This document shows, one piece after another, positions 45,893 through 54,842 of a DNA stretch of 64,000 nt. Both the position numbers and the translations under genes were made by a program. Source of the stretch: an uncultured bacterium (GTDB taxonomy: Bacteria; Acidobacteriota; Thermoanaerobaculia; Multivoradales; JAHZIX01); assembly GCA_965368975.1 (NCBI GenBank), contig CBDUPA010000022.1:32001-96000 (forward strand), in the 5' to 3' direction. How positions within the stretch are numbered: the stretch's first letter is position 1; each line of letters starts with the position of its first letter. The notes beneath the pieces were generated by a model. That model saw only the letters and a program-made list of their open reading frames with translations. It was not told the origin of the DNA and searched no databases.

Positions 45893-46423
45893 TCACCCGC
45901 CCCGACGCTTGAACGACCAGGTAAACACAAACCGCGACACCTCCGTCCCATCCGCCATCCGCCCGACGGACACCGCCGAGGCCTTCGCCTTCTCCCCAGT
46001 CCGTAAAGTTTCCTGAATCGCCGCTGCCAGCTTCGGTCCGTCTTCACAGGTGAACGTGACCGTCGACGTACCCTTCTTGCCGAACGTCGCCTCGACGTTG
46101 ACGATCAGCATGCCCACCTTCTGCGGTGCGGCATCGACCAGGATTCCGGCGATGGCTCCCGTCGACAGCTCGGCGGCCATGGCCTGGACGGCGAAGTACA
46201 TGGACTGGAACGGGTTCTTGGTCCGCCAGCCGTAGGGGACGGTCGCTTCGCAGCGGTTTTCGTCCAGGGTGCGCACGCGCAGGCCGGCGAAGAGGGCGGC
46301 GGGGAGTTTGGTCAGGAAGAAGAGGCGGATCAGGACGGGACTGAGCAGGCCCTTGCGGGTCTTGGCGGCTTTGGGGTGCTGGAGGGTCTTGCTGGGATCG
46401 AACGTGATGGGGGCTTCGGACAT
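45893..46423 (-). CDS. DUF4442 / hotdog-fold thioesterase-like protein
   Basis: KLPAALFAG, WRTKNPFQSMYFA, AAELSTG. Confidence 0.75.
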   Translation of the reverse strand: MSEAPITFDPSKTLQHPKAAKTRKGLLSPVLIRLFFLTKLPAALFAGLRVRTLDENRCEATVPYGWRTKNPFQSMYFAVQAMAAELSTGAIAGILVDAAPQKVGMLIVNVEATFGKKGTSTVTFTCEDGPKLAAAIQETLRTGEKAKASAVSVGRMADGTEVSRFVFTWSFKRRGG

Positions 46424-46444
46424 GGGGCTCCTCGGAACCGATCC

Positions 46445-47167
46445 TCAACTCAGGCCTTCGGCGGCTCCAGTGTGGACCTGGCCTTCCAGGTAGTCGTGGA
46501 ATCGGGCCTCGCCGTCGGCCTGAAACTCGACGAACACCATGCCGACGCCGCGCACGGACTCTCGACCGCCGGTGGTGTGCCGCACGACGCGGGCTTCGCC
46601 ACGGACCGGCTGGTTGTCGCCGGGCAGACTGAACTCGAAGTTGACCTGCGAGCCGAGGGGGAAGAACTCGGTGCTGCGCACCAGCATACCGGTGGTGGAG
46701 AGGTTCTCCGTCTGCACCATTGCCATGCTCGGACCGTCCGCGAGCTGGACCTGCAGGTTGGCCATGAAGCGCATCGCAAGGCGGGGAGCGACGCGCAGCA
46801 GGCTGGCAACCTCTTTTTGCAGCCGCTCCGCGGTCTGGTTGATCGACAGCGCGCGGTTCGCGCCCTTGCCGATATAGAAGCGGGCCTCGTCGATCAGCTC
46901 GTCCTCGGTGAGCACGACAAGCGGCGTCTGGCGGCACTTCGAAGCCTCGGAACGCAAGGCGTCGAGGAACTCCTGCAGCGACGTGTCCGGCAAGGGGTAG
47001 CGGACGATCAGAGCGCTGAAGGGGACTAGCGTCAGCAGTTCGAGGGCGGCGGTGCCGCGCGGGAAGCGGTCGACCTCCCATTCCGCGGGTTCGAAGAGTG
47101 GGGAGACCTTGTCGAAGGTCGTGGTGTCGACACCGACGACCAGCAGATTTCGCTTGTTGATCTTCAT
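46445..47167 (-). CDS. Degenerate receiver plus PilZ domain protein
   Basis: RVAPR (RxxxR) and NLSTTG (NxSxxG), GEARVVR, GVGMVF; the receiver-like N-terminus lacks the canonical Asp. Confidence 0.75.
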   Translation of the reverse strand: MKINKRNLLVVGVDTTTFDKVSPLFEPAEWEVDRFPRGTAALELLTLVPFSALIVRYPLPDTSLQEFLDALRSEASKCRQTPLVVLTEDELIDEARFYIGKGANRALSINQTAERLQKEVASLLRVAPRLAMRFMANLQVQLADGPSMAMVQTENLSTTGMLVRSTEFFPLGSQVNFEFSLPGDNQPVRGEARVVRHTTGGRESVRGVGMVFVEFQADGEARFHDYLEGQVHTGAAEGLS

Positions 47168-47434
47168 GGTGGAGCGTTCGTCAGGAGGGCGTAAACAGTC
47201 AACTGCGCATTTCTCACTCTACCATACGGTGTGGACTTGTCCGCGGTTGCGAACTGCTTGAGACCTGCGACGCAAGGGTGCTTCCGTGGTGCCTTCGTGC
47301 GTGCTATGGTGCGCTGCCGGGCTACATCGTCCCGCCTCCGCTCTCGCCCGACTCAACCTTCCTGAAGACTCGACCAGCCCTCGCCCGACGACGTGATGGC
47401 TGACCCTGCCCAATGCACTCCGGAGACTGTACTC

Positions 47435-49255
47435 ATGGCTCTCGAAAGGCGCGAAGACCTTCGCAATCTCGCCATCATCGCCCACGTCGATCACGGCAAA
47501 ACGACGCTGGTGGACGCCCTGCTGTGGCAGAGCGGTATTTTTCGCGACAACCAGGAGGTGGCCGAGCGAGTGATGGACTCGATCGACCTGGAGCGCGAGC
47601 GCGGCATCACGATCATGGCCAAGAATACGTCCATCCGTTACCGCGACAGCCTGATCAACATCGTCGATACTCCGGGGCACGCCGACTTCGGCGGCGAGGT
47701 GGAGCGGACGCTGAAGCTGGTCGACGGCGTGCTGCTGCTTGTCGACTCCAGTGAAGGGCCGCTGCCGCAGACTCGCTTCGTGCTGCGCAAAGCGCTGGAG
47801 CTCGGGCTGCCGCCGATCGTCGTGGTCAACAAGATCGACCGGCCCGACGCGCGTCCGGCGGAGGTGCTGGACGAGGTCTACGACTTGTTCATCGACCTCG
47901 ACGCGCACGAGGACCAGCTCGACTTCCCTGTGCTCTTCACCAATGCTCGTGAGGGCAAGTGCCGGCTGACGGCGGACGGCGAGGAGACGACGCTGGAGCC
48001 GTTGATGGAGGAAATCCTGCGCACCGTGCCGGCGCCGACCTACGATCCGGAGATACCACTGCAAATGCTGGTGACGACGCTCGACTACGACGACTATGTC
48101 GGCCGCCTGGCGGTGGGACGCGTGGTCAGCGGCAACCTCAAGCGCGGCCAGGAGGTAGCGCGCTGCCGTCTGGACGGCGAGGTGGAGCGGGTGAAGGTGA
48201 CTGGCCTGTTTGGCCACCAGGGACTCAAGCGCGTGGCGGTGGAGACGGCGGGCCCCGGCGATATCGTGGCAGTGACCGGACTCGATGACATCTTTATTGG
48301 CGAGACGCTGGCCGACCTCGACGATCCGCGGCCGCTGCCGGTGATCCGGGTCGACGAACCGACCATCGCCGTCCACATCGGCATCAATGACTCGCCGCTG
48401 TCCGGCCGGGACGGCCAGCACGTGACGTCGCGCAAGCTGCGCGAGCGGCTGATCAAGGAAACGCTGGGCAACGTCGCGATCAAGGTCGAAGACACCGATT
48501 CGCCAGACACCTTCAAGGTCTCCGGCCGCGGCGAGCTGCAGCTGGCGATCCTGATCGAGATGATGCGGCGCGAAGGTTTCGAGATGAGCGTCGGCAAGCC
48601 GGAGATCCTGACTCGGCGCATCGACGGCAAGCTCCACGAGCCGATGGAATTGCTGGTGGTCGACTGCCCGGAGGAGTTTATCGGCGCGGTGACCCAGAAA
48701 CTGGGCACGCGCCGCGGTCGCATGACCAAGATGAGCAACCATGGCTCGGGGCGCGTGCGCATCGAGTTTCGGCTGCCGTCGCGCGGCCTGATCGGCTTCC
48801 GCAACGAGTTCCTCACCGACACCAGGGGCACCGGCCTGATGCACCAGCTGTTCGACGGCTTCGACCCGTGGCAGGGTGACATCGTACGCCGGGCCTCGGG
48901 GGCCCTGATCTCCGACCGTGCCGGCAAGGTGACGGCCTACGCGGTGGAGAACTTGCAGCCGCGAGGTGTTCTCTTCGCCGGACCCGGCACCGAAGTGTAT
49001 GAGGGCATGATCGTCGGCGAACACAACCGTCCGAGCGACCTCGACGTCAATATCACCAAAGAGAAGCGACTGACCAACATGCGTGCCTCGAGCGCAGACG
49101 AGTTGGTGCGCTTGACGCCGCCGACGGTACTCAGCCTGGAGCAGGCGCTGGAGCTGATCGAGGACGACGAGTTGGTCGAGGTGACGCCGACCTCTTTCCG
49201 GCTGCGCAAGCGCACGCTGCGTGCCGCGTTCCGTAAGAGCAAGAGCAAGGGCTGA
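47435..49255 (+). CDS. typA: Translational GTPase TypA/BipA
   Basis: [55 protein letters not shown]. Confidence 0.97.
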   Translation: MALERREDLRNLAIIAHVDHGKTTLVDALLWQSGIFRDNQEVAERVMDSIDLERERGITIMAKNTSIRYRDSLINIVDTPGHADFGGEVERTLKLVDGVLLLVDSSEGPLPQTRFVLRKALELGLPPIVVVNKIDRPDARPAEVLDEVYDLFIDLDAHEDQLDFPVLFTNAREGKCRLTADGEETTLEPLMEEILRTVPAPTYDPEIPLQMLVTTLDYDDYVGRLAVGRVVSGNLKRGQEVARCRLDGEVERVKVTGLFGHQGLKRVAVETAGPGDIVAVTGLDDIFIGETLADLDDPRPLPVIRVDEPTIAVHIGINDSPLSGRDGQHVTSRKLRERLIKETLGNVAIKVEDTDSPDTFKVSGRGELQLAILIEMMRREGFEMSVGKPEILTRRIDGKLHEPMELLVVDCPEEFIGAVTQKLGTRRGRMTKMSNHGSGRVRIEFRLPSRGLIGFRNEFLTDTRGTGLMHQLFDGFDPWQGDIVRRASGALISDRAGKVTAYAVENLQPRGVLFAGPGTEVYEGMIVGEHNRPSDLDVNITKEKRLTNMRASSADELVRLTPPTVLSLEQALELIEDDELVEVTPTSFRLRKRTLRAAFRKSKSKG

Positions 49256-49456
49256 GCGGCGAACCGCAGGCAAGTGTCCCGGTAGAGAGCTGTTGGCGCA
49301 CAAACTTGGTGAGGTGGTAAGAAGCGCTGGTATGCCTCGCCAGCGTACAGTACAATCGACAACGGCCTGCCCTCTCGGCAAGCTTTTTGTTGTTGGGTTC
49401 CGCCGAACCCCGTCATTTGCAGCACCCGTGTGCTAGGGAAGAGGAGTACCAGACCG

Positions 49457-50917
49457 TTGGCCATCCGTAGACTCAAGCGTGCCGTTAAATCGCCGATCCA
49501 GCCGGTTCCTCGCGAGCAACCGCTGCCGGCTAGCTTCTATCAAGAGTTCGCCTACATTCTGCAGGGTGATCCGGTCAGCAATGTGCTGAACATGCCGCAG
49601 GGGGCGATTCTCGGGGGGCAGGTCAATCTGCGGGCGCTGGAAGGCACCTTCGCGGAGATGATCCGGCGCCACGAGTCCCTGCGCTGCCACTTCGAGCCGC
49701 AGGAGAGCGGGCCGTTGCTACAGAAGCTGGAGGACCGCGGCAGCTACTACCTGCCGGTGATCGACATCAGCGCCCTGCCGCAGGAAGTGCGCGAACAGGA
49801 GCGCCAGCGCCTGAGCGCGGCCTTCGCCGGTTTCCCGATGAACCTGCACACCGGGCCGCTGTTCATCACCACTGCCATCCTGCTCGGTCAGGACGCGGCA
49901 GCTCCGGGGGGCAGTCCTGGTCCCAACAAGGTGCTGGTGCTGATGAACTTGCACCACGCGTTCGGCGACGGATGGTCGATGACCGTGCTCAACCAGGAGC
50001 TGGTGACCATCTATCGCGCGCTGTCCAAGGGCCGGCCGTCGCCGCTGGCACCGCCGCGTTTGCAATTCGCCGACTACGCGGCCTGGCTGCGCCGGCGCAT
50101 GGACGAAGGCAAGCTGGACCCGCACCGCAAGTTCTGGCACGAGAACCTGAGTGGCGAGCGCGAATGGCCGCGCTTGCCCTACGACCGCCCGCGGACCGAC
50201 GACATCGGTGCCCAGGTGCACAGCACGTCGCTGCAGTTCGATCCCGACACGGCGAACGACATCCGCACCTTCAGTCGCAAGCTCGGCTGCACGGTGCCGA
50301 TCACGTTGCTGTCCGGTGTGCATGCCTTGCTCAACGGCTACAGCGGCCAGGAGGACGTCATCGTCGCCTGGGTGACGGCGGCGCGCAACCGTCCCGAGCT
50401 GGCCGGCATGATTGGCCTGTTCATGAACACCGTGGCGGTACGCGCCGACATCGGCGGCGACCCCACGTTCGAAGATCTGGCGGTGCGTGTGCGCAAGGCG
50501 TCGCTGGCCGCTTACGACCACCAAGAGATGCCCTACGTCACGCTGCTCCAGGAGTTGTTCCCGGACCGCAAGCTGGCGCGTACGCTGCTGACTCCGGTGG
50601 TCTTCAACATGCTGTCGTTCGCACCGCCGCCAGGTTCGGTCGGTGCGGGCACGCCGATGGACCTGGACGTCACCATGGAGATGGTGGGTTTGGGTGCCCA
50701 GGAGCAGGCGAAGTTCGACCTCACCTTCACCTGCATGGAATCGCCCTCGGTCATTGCGCTCAGTCTGTCCACCGCCGCCGCTCTCTTCGACAAAGAGACC
50801 GCGGAGGCGATTCGCGACGACTACCAGGATCTGATGAACCGGGCCATCGCCAATCCGGCCTTGCCGATGAGTGAGTTGACCAGCGGACTGCGCCTGCGCA
50901 GCCCGTCGAAGCAGTAA
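49457..50917 (+). CDS. Stand-alone NRPS condensation domain
   Basis: PLPASFYQE (C1), RRHESLR (C2), intact HHAFGDGWS (C3), QFADYAAW, LPYDRPR, IGLFMNT, AKFDL. No A or PCP domain. TTG start after GAGGAG (alternative GTG at 49430). Confidence 0.9.
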   Translation: MAIRRLKRAVKSPIQPVPREQPLPASFYQEFAYILQGDPVSNVLNMPQGAILGGQVNLRALEGTFAEMIRRHESLRCHFEPQESGPLLQKLEDRGSYYLPVIDISALPQEVREQERQRLSAAFAGFPMNLHTGPLFITTAILLGQDAAAPGGSPGPNKVLVLMNLHHAFGDGWSMTVLNQELVTIYRALSKGRPSPLAPPRLQFADYAAWLRRRMDEGKLDPHRKFWHENLSGEREWPRLPYDRPRTDDIGAQVHSTSLQFDPDTANDIRTFSRKLGCTVPITLLSGVHALLNGYSGQEDVIVAWVTAARNRPELAGMIGLFMNTVAVRADIGGDPTFEDLAVRVRKASLAAYDHQEMPYVTLLQELFPDRKLARTLLTPVVFNMLSFAPPPGSVGAGTPMDLDVTMEMVGLGAQEQAKFDLTFTCMESPSVIALSLSTAAALFDKETAEAIRDDYQDLMNRAIANPALPMSELTSGLRLRSPSKQ

Positions 50918-50978
50918 CCACATTCATGGTGGAATCCCCGCGGATTCCGCTGTCGATACGTTCGCGAGGGGAAGACCC

Positions 50979-52199
50979 ATGACTGAATTGCACCGCTTCC
51001 GCAACAGTGCCAAGGGCATGAAGTTGCTTGGCCCTTCCTTCGAGGAAGCAACCCGCAACGGCCTGATGGACATCGTTGCCCGCGACCTGGGCAACGATCA
51101 CATGCTGTCGGACGATGGCCTCGATTTCATCAATCTGTCGTGCTGCAACTATCTCGGCCTGCACAATCACCCGAAGGTGCTGGAATCCACCATCAAGGCC
51201 GTGCAGGAGTCGAACACTCTGACGCTCGGCTTTTCCCGCATGCGCATCCGTCTGAGCCACCTCGACCGCGCCGAGCGCGAAATGTCGGAGGTCTTCGGCT
51301 GCAACTGCCTGCTGGTGCAGTCGGCCAGTGTTGCGGCGCTGGCGGTGCTGCCGATGATGGCGGCCGGCGTGATCGGCACCGGCGAGCCGCCGGTGATGGT
51401 CTACGACAAGCACAGCCACTTCTGCATGAACCTCACCAAGCCGGTGTGCGCTGACGAGACCGAGGTGCTGACCTGCCCGCACAACGACTTCGACTTCCTC
51501 GAGGACGTGTGCAAGAAGCACAAGAACGTGGTCTATGTCGGTGACGGCGTCTATAGCATGGGCGGTCGGACCGTGCTCGAGAAGCTCAAGGAGCTGCAAG
51601 ACAAGTACGGCCTGTGGCTGTATCTGGACGATTCGCATGCCTTGTCGCTGTACGGCGAGAACGGCGAAGGCTTCGTGCGCGCTCACCTGAAGGAAGAGGA
51701 CGAACGTACGGTGATCGTCGGCTCGCTGGCCAAGGGCTTCGGCGCTTCCGGCGGCGTGGTGATGATCCACAAGAAGTGGGTGCCCAAGTTGATGACGCCG
51801 TTCGGTGGTCCGAGCGTCTGGTCGACGCAGCTGAATGTGCCGAGTTGCGGTGCCGTTCTGGGCTCGCTCGAGGTGCACCGTTCTCCGGAGCTGCAGGAGC
51901 TGCAGGGCAAGTTGCAGGCCAACCTCAAGACCTTCGACGACCATATCGAGACCCCGGGCAAGGGCACGCCGTTCCCAGTGCGCGTGATCCAGATTGGTGA
52001 CGGCGAGCGGGCGGCCGAGCTGTCCGGTGAGTTGCTGCGCCGCGGCTTCTACACGTCGGCCGTGTTCTTCCCGATCGTTGCCCGTGGCAAGGCCGGTCTG
52101 CGTGCCATGCTGCGCGCCAACAACAAGACTGAGGACATCATCCGCTTCGTCGAAACCGTCAAGGACGTGGTCGGCGACGAGATCGTCAGCGCCGCCTGA
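50979..52199 (+). CDS. PLP-dependent alpha-oxoamine synthase (AONS/KBL family, KtmB-like), copy 1
   Basis: NYLGL, HSHFCM, DGVYSMGG, LDDSH, SLAKGFG (PLP lysine), FFPIVARG. Confidence 0.85.
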   Translation: MTELHRFRNSAKGMKLLGPSFEEATRNGLMDIVARDLGNDHMLSDDGLDFINLSCCNYLGLHNHPKVLESTIKAVQESNTLTLGFSRMRIRLSHLDRAEREMSEVFGCNCLLVQSASVAALAVLPMMAAGVIGTGEPPVMVYDKHSHFCMNLTKPVCADETEVLTCPHNDFDFLEDVCKKHKNVVYVGDGVYSMGGRTVLEKLKELQDKYGLWLYLDDSHALSLYGENGEGFVRAHLKEEDERTVIVGSLAKGFGASGGVVMIHKKWVPKLMTPFGGPSVWSTQLNVPSCGAVLGSLEVHRSPELQELQGKLQANLKTFDDHIETPGKGTPFPVRVIQIGDGERAAELSGELLRRGFYTSAVFFPIVARGKAGLRAMLRANNKTEDIIRFVETVKDVVGDEIVSAA

Positions 52200-52246
52200 G
52201 CGCGCGCTGACGGCGGTCCACCAGAACCGCGATTCGCCAGCAGCTC

Positions 52247-52300
52247 GAGGGCCGCGGCGCCGTGAACTGAACCTCTCGCGCCCGGCCCCTTTTCGTTTTC
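52247..52300 (+). terminator. Possible terminator between oxoamine synthase 1 and the aldolase
   Basis: Imperfect stem GGGCCGCGGCGC...GCGCCCGGCCC followed by CTTTTCGTTTT; large loop. Confidence 0.35.
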
Positions 52301-52367
52301 ACTTTCCCTTGTTTGTCAATCCCCTCCTGGAGGAGGGTTCTGCAGAAGGGTCCCGAGGAGACCTGCC

Positions 52368-53249
52368 ATGTTGTTGTACCGCGACATCCTTCTGACGTCC
52401 GCACAGACGCCTGAGCGTTTCGTCAAGGCCAAGGAGGTCAAACCCGACCTCTGCCTGGTCAACTGCGAAGACCCGATTCCCCAATTCGAAGAGGACAAGG
52501 CGCGCGCCCGCAAGGTGTCGCTCGAGTGGCTCCAGCAAGAACACGAGGAGCCACCGTACGGCATCATGATCAACTGCCTGCGCACGCGCTTTGGCTTCCA
52601 GGACGTGCTGGCGTTGCAAGAGAGCGGCGCCAGACCCGAATACATCCTGATGGCCAAGGTGGAAGATCCGGAGGAGATCCGCATCGTCCACGAGATGTTG
52701 TCGCCGGTGATCCAGCCGCTGCGCCTGGGCATGATCGTCGAGTCGCTGCGCGGTGTCTGGGCACTGCACGAGATCGTGCACGCGGCCCCCAGCGTTGCTG
52801 GGCTGGTCCTCGGTGCGGCCGACTACGCCAACAACCTTGGCGTCGACGTCAATCCGGAGAGCCTGGCTCCCATCCGAGCCCGCATGGGTATGGCGGCGGC
52901 CAGCGCCGGCATTGCCTGCTGGGATGCGCCCTACTTCCACTACCAGGATCTCGACGGTCTGCGAGAGGAGTGTCGGCGCGCCCGGGCCTTCGGTTTCACC
53001 GGCAAGACGACGATCCACCCGAGCCACTGCAAGATCATCGAAGAAGAGTTCAAGCCCTCGTCGCGCGCCATCGACTTCGCCAAGCGAGTCGTGGCCGCGT
53101 GCGAAGAGCGCCGCGGTGGCATCGCGGTGGTCGACGGTCAGATGGTCGGCCGCCCCTTCGTCGCCAATGCTCGACGGGTGCTGGCGGCGGCCGGCGAGCC
53201 GATCCCCCCTACTCAGCAGGGAGATACCCCGCAGGGAGAGACAGCATGA
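52368..53249 (+). CDS. CitE/HpcH-family acyl-CoA aldolase/lyase (KtmA/RipC-like)
   Basis: PERF, CED, AKVE, IVES, GAADY, GFTGKTTIHPS, VDGQMV. Confidence 0.85.
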   Translation: MLLYRDILLTSAQTPERFVKAKEVKPDLCLVNCEDPIPQFEEDKARARKVSLEWLQQEHEEPPYGIMINCLRTRFGFQDVLALQESGARPEYILMAKVEDPEEIRIVHEMLSPVIQPLRLGMIVESLRGVWALHEIVHAAPSVAGLVLGAADYANNLGVDVNPESLAPIRARMGMAAASAGIACWDAPYFHYQDLDGLREECRRARAFGFTGKTTIHPSHCKIIEEEFKPSSRAIDFAKRVVAACEERRGGIAVVDGQMVGRPFVANARRVLAAAGEPIPPTQQGDTPQGETA

Positions 53250-53776
53250 AGAACCCCGTCGCCGCTCACAAGCAGGTGGGCGACAAGCGCTACCGCGAGG
53301 TGTCCGGCCTCTACTTCGACGACTTCGAGGTCGGCGACGTGTTCGAACATCGTCCCGGGCGTACCGTCACCAATACCGACAACATCTGGGGCTCGCTGCT
53401 GGCGATGAACCCGCACCCGCTGCACATCGACGCGGCCTACTGTGAGCACACCGAGTTCGGCGAGCTGCTGGTGTCCAGCCTGGTCACGTTCTCGATCGTC
53501 AATGCCATGACTGTCACCAGCACCAGCTTCAAGGCGATCGCCAACCTGGGCTGGGACAAGGTACGCTTGACCGGGCCGGTCTTCGCGGGTGACACGTTGT
53601 ACGCCGAGTCCGAAGTGCTGAGCAAGCGCGAGTCCAAATCGCGTCCCGGCCAGGGCATTGTCACCGTGCGCACGCGTGGCCTGAAGCAGGACGGCAGCGA
53701 GATCATGCACTTCGAGCGCACGTTCCTGGTGCCAGTGCGCGGCAGTGAGACCGTCGAGTCCAAGGCTGGTTATTGA
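53246..53776 (+). CDS. MaoC-family acyl-CoA dehydratase (KtmC/RipB-like)
   Basis: GLYFDDFEVGDVFEHRPGRT..TDN, NPHPLH, ANLGW, PVFAGDTL, KRESKSRP. True start is the ATG at 53246 (ATGA overlap), not 52526. Confidence 0.88.
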   Translation: MKNPVAAHKQVGDKRYREVSGLYFDDFEVGDVFEHRPGRTVTNTDNIWGSLLAMNPHPLHIDAAYCEHTEFGELLVSSLVTFSIVNAMTVTSTSFKAIANLGWDKVRLTGPVFAGDTLYAESEVLSKRESKSRPGQGIVTVRTRGLKQDGSEIMHFERTFLVPVRGSETVESKAGY

Positions 53777-53787
53777 TGGGGGAGTTG

Positions 53788-54783
53788 ATGCGAGCGATCG
53801 AAGTCACCGAACCCGGGGGGCCGGAGGTTCTGCAGATCCAGGATGTGCCGATGCCGGAGCCCGGCCCCGGCCAGCTGCGCGTACGTATTCGAGCGGCAGC
53901 GCTCAACTACGCTGACACCTTGCAGCGCAAGGGGCTGCTCAGTGCGCCGGGCGACAACCAGCGCCTGGGGATCGAGCTGGCCGGCACCATCGACGCCATC
54001 GGGGACGGTGCCACGGACGTCGACGGCGGCGCCTGGAAGGTGGGGGAGCGGGTGTTCGCCATCATCACCGCCGGTGCCTATGCCGAATACGCGCTGACAG
54101 AGGCGGCGCTGACCCAGCGCATGCCCGAGAACTGGGACTATCCCGAGGCCGCCGCGGCACCGGAAGCCTTCTACGTGGCCAACGAGACGCTCTTTCACGT
54201 CGGTGGCCTGCAGCGCGGTGACAGCGCGCTGATCCATGCCGGCAGCAGTGGCATGGGAACCGGCTTGCTGCAGCTGGCGCACGTCAAAGGCATCACCGTG
54301 CTGACCACCTCGGGCAGCCCGGAAAAGCGTGCCCGCCTCGAGGAGCTCGGTGCCGACCTGGTTATCGACTACAAGAACCAGGACTACCTGGAAGCTGTCC
54401 GGGAGTTCACCGACGGTGCCGGCGTCGACCTGGTGCTCGACATGGTCGGCCAGCGCTACCTGGGCAAGAACCTGCAGGCGCTCAAGCCCGATGGTCGGTT
54501 GATCCAGATCGGTCTGCTCGAGGGCTACGATCCGGGCGAGCTGGATCTGCTGCTGCTGGTCATGAACCGTCTGATCGTCCGCGGCTGGGCCATGCGTGGC
54601 CAGTCCAACGACGACAAGCGTCAGATCGTGCGTCGTTTCCGTGACCAGGTATTGCCGCGTTTTGCTGCCGGCGAGATCCGGCCGGTGGTCGACTCCACCT
54701 TCCCGCTCGAAGACGCCGCGGGTGCGCACCGCCACCTGGAGTCGCACCGGCACTTCGGCAAGATCGTGCTGACTGTCGACTGA
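53788..54783 (+). CDS. NAD(P)H MDR enone/quinone oxidoreductase (PIG3/QOR-like; KtmF-like role inferred)
   Basis: PGGPEVL, LNYAD, GAYAEY, HAGSSGMG, HFGKIVL; no catalytic Zn cysteines. Confidence 0.88.
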   Translation: MRAIEVTEPGGPEVLQIQDVPMPEPGPGQLRVRIRAAALNYADTLQRKGLLSAPGDNQRLGIELAGTIDAIGDGATDVDGGAWKVGERVFAIITAGAYAEYALTEAALTQRMPENWDYPEAAAAPEAFYVANETLFHVGGLQRGDSALIHAGSSGMGTGLLQLAHVKGITVLTTSGSPEKRARLEELGADLVIDYKNQDYLEAVREFTDGAGVDLVLDMVGQRYLGKNLQALKPDGRLIQIGLLEGYDPGELDLLLLVMNRLIVRGWAMRGQSNDDKRQIVRRFRDQVLPRFAAGEIRPVVDSTFPLEDAAGAHRHLESHRHFGKIVLTVD

Positions 54784-54842
54784 CCCGGAACTCGGAGTTT
54801 GCATCTCGTCAATTCCGATTCGTGATGGAGTGAGGCCGGACC

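Noticed and set aside
47219-49381. Long antisense ORFs (also 5276-6886, 20980-22575, 34685-35968, 35752-37518)
   Set aside because: Shadow frames of conserved GC-rich genes, with no protein motifs.
49376-49391. Sigma54 promoter for the biosynthetic locus (CGGCAAGCTTTTTGT)
   Set aside because: The -12 dinucleotide is GT rather than GC and no enhancer was seen; too weak to call.
50979-52199. bioF / serine palmitoyltransferase / kbl call
   Set aside because: No bio, ACP/sphingolipid or tdh genes are nearby, and the motifs (HSHFCM, SRMR) differ from the canonical NHAS/GSR.
52368-53776. ripBC/ich-ccl itaconate degradation operon
   Set aside because: No RipA/Ict CoA transferase is present, and the pair is flanked by oxoamine synthases, an MDR reductase and a C domain, which fits biosynthesis better. 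Not formally excluded.
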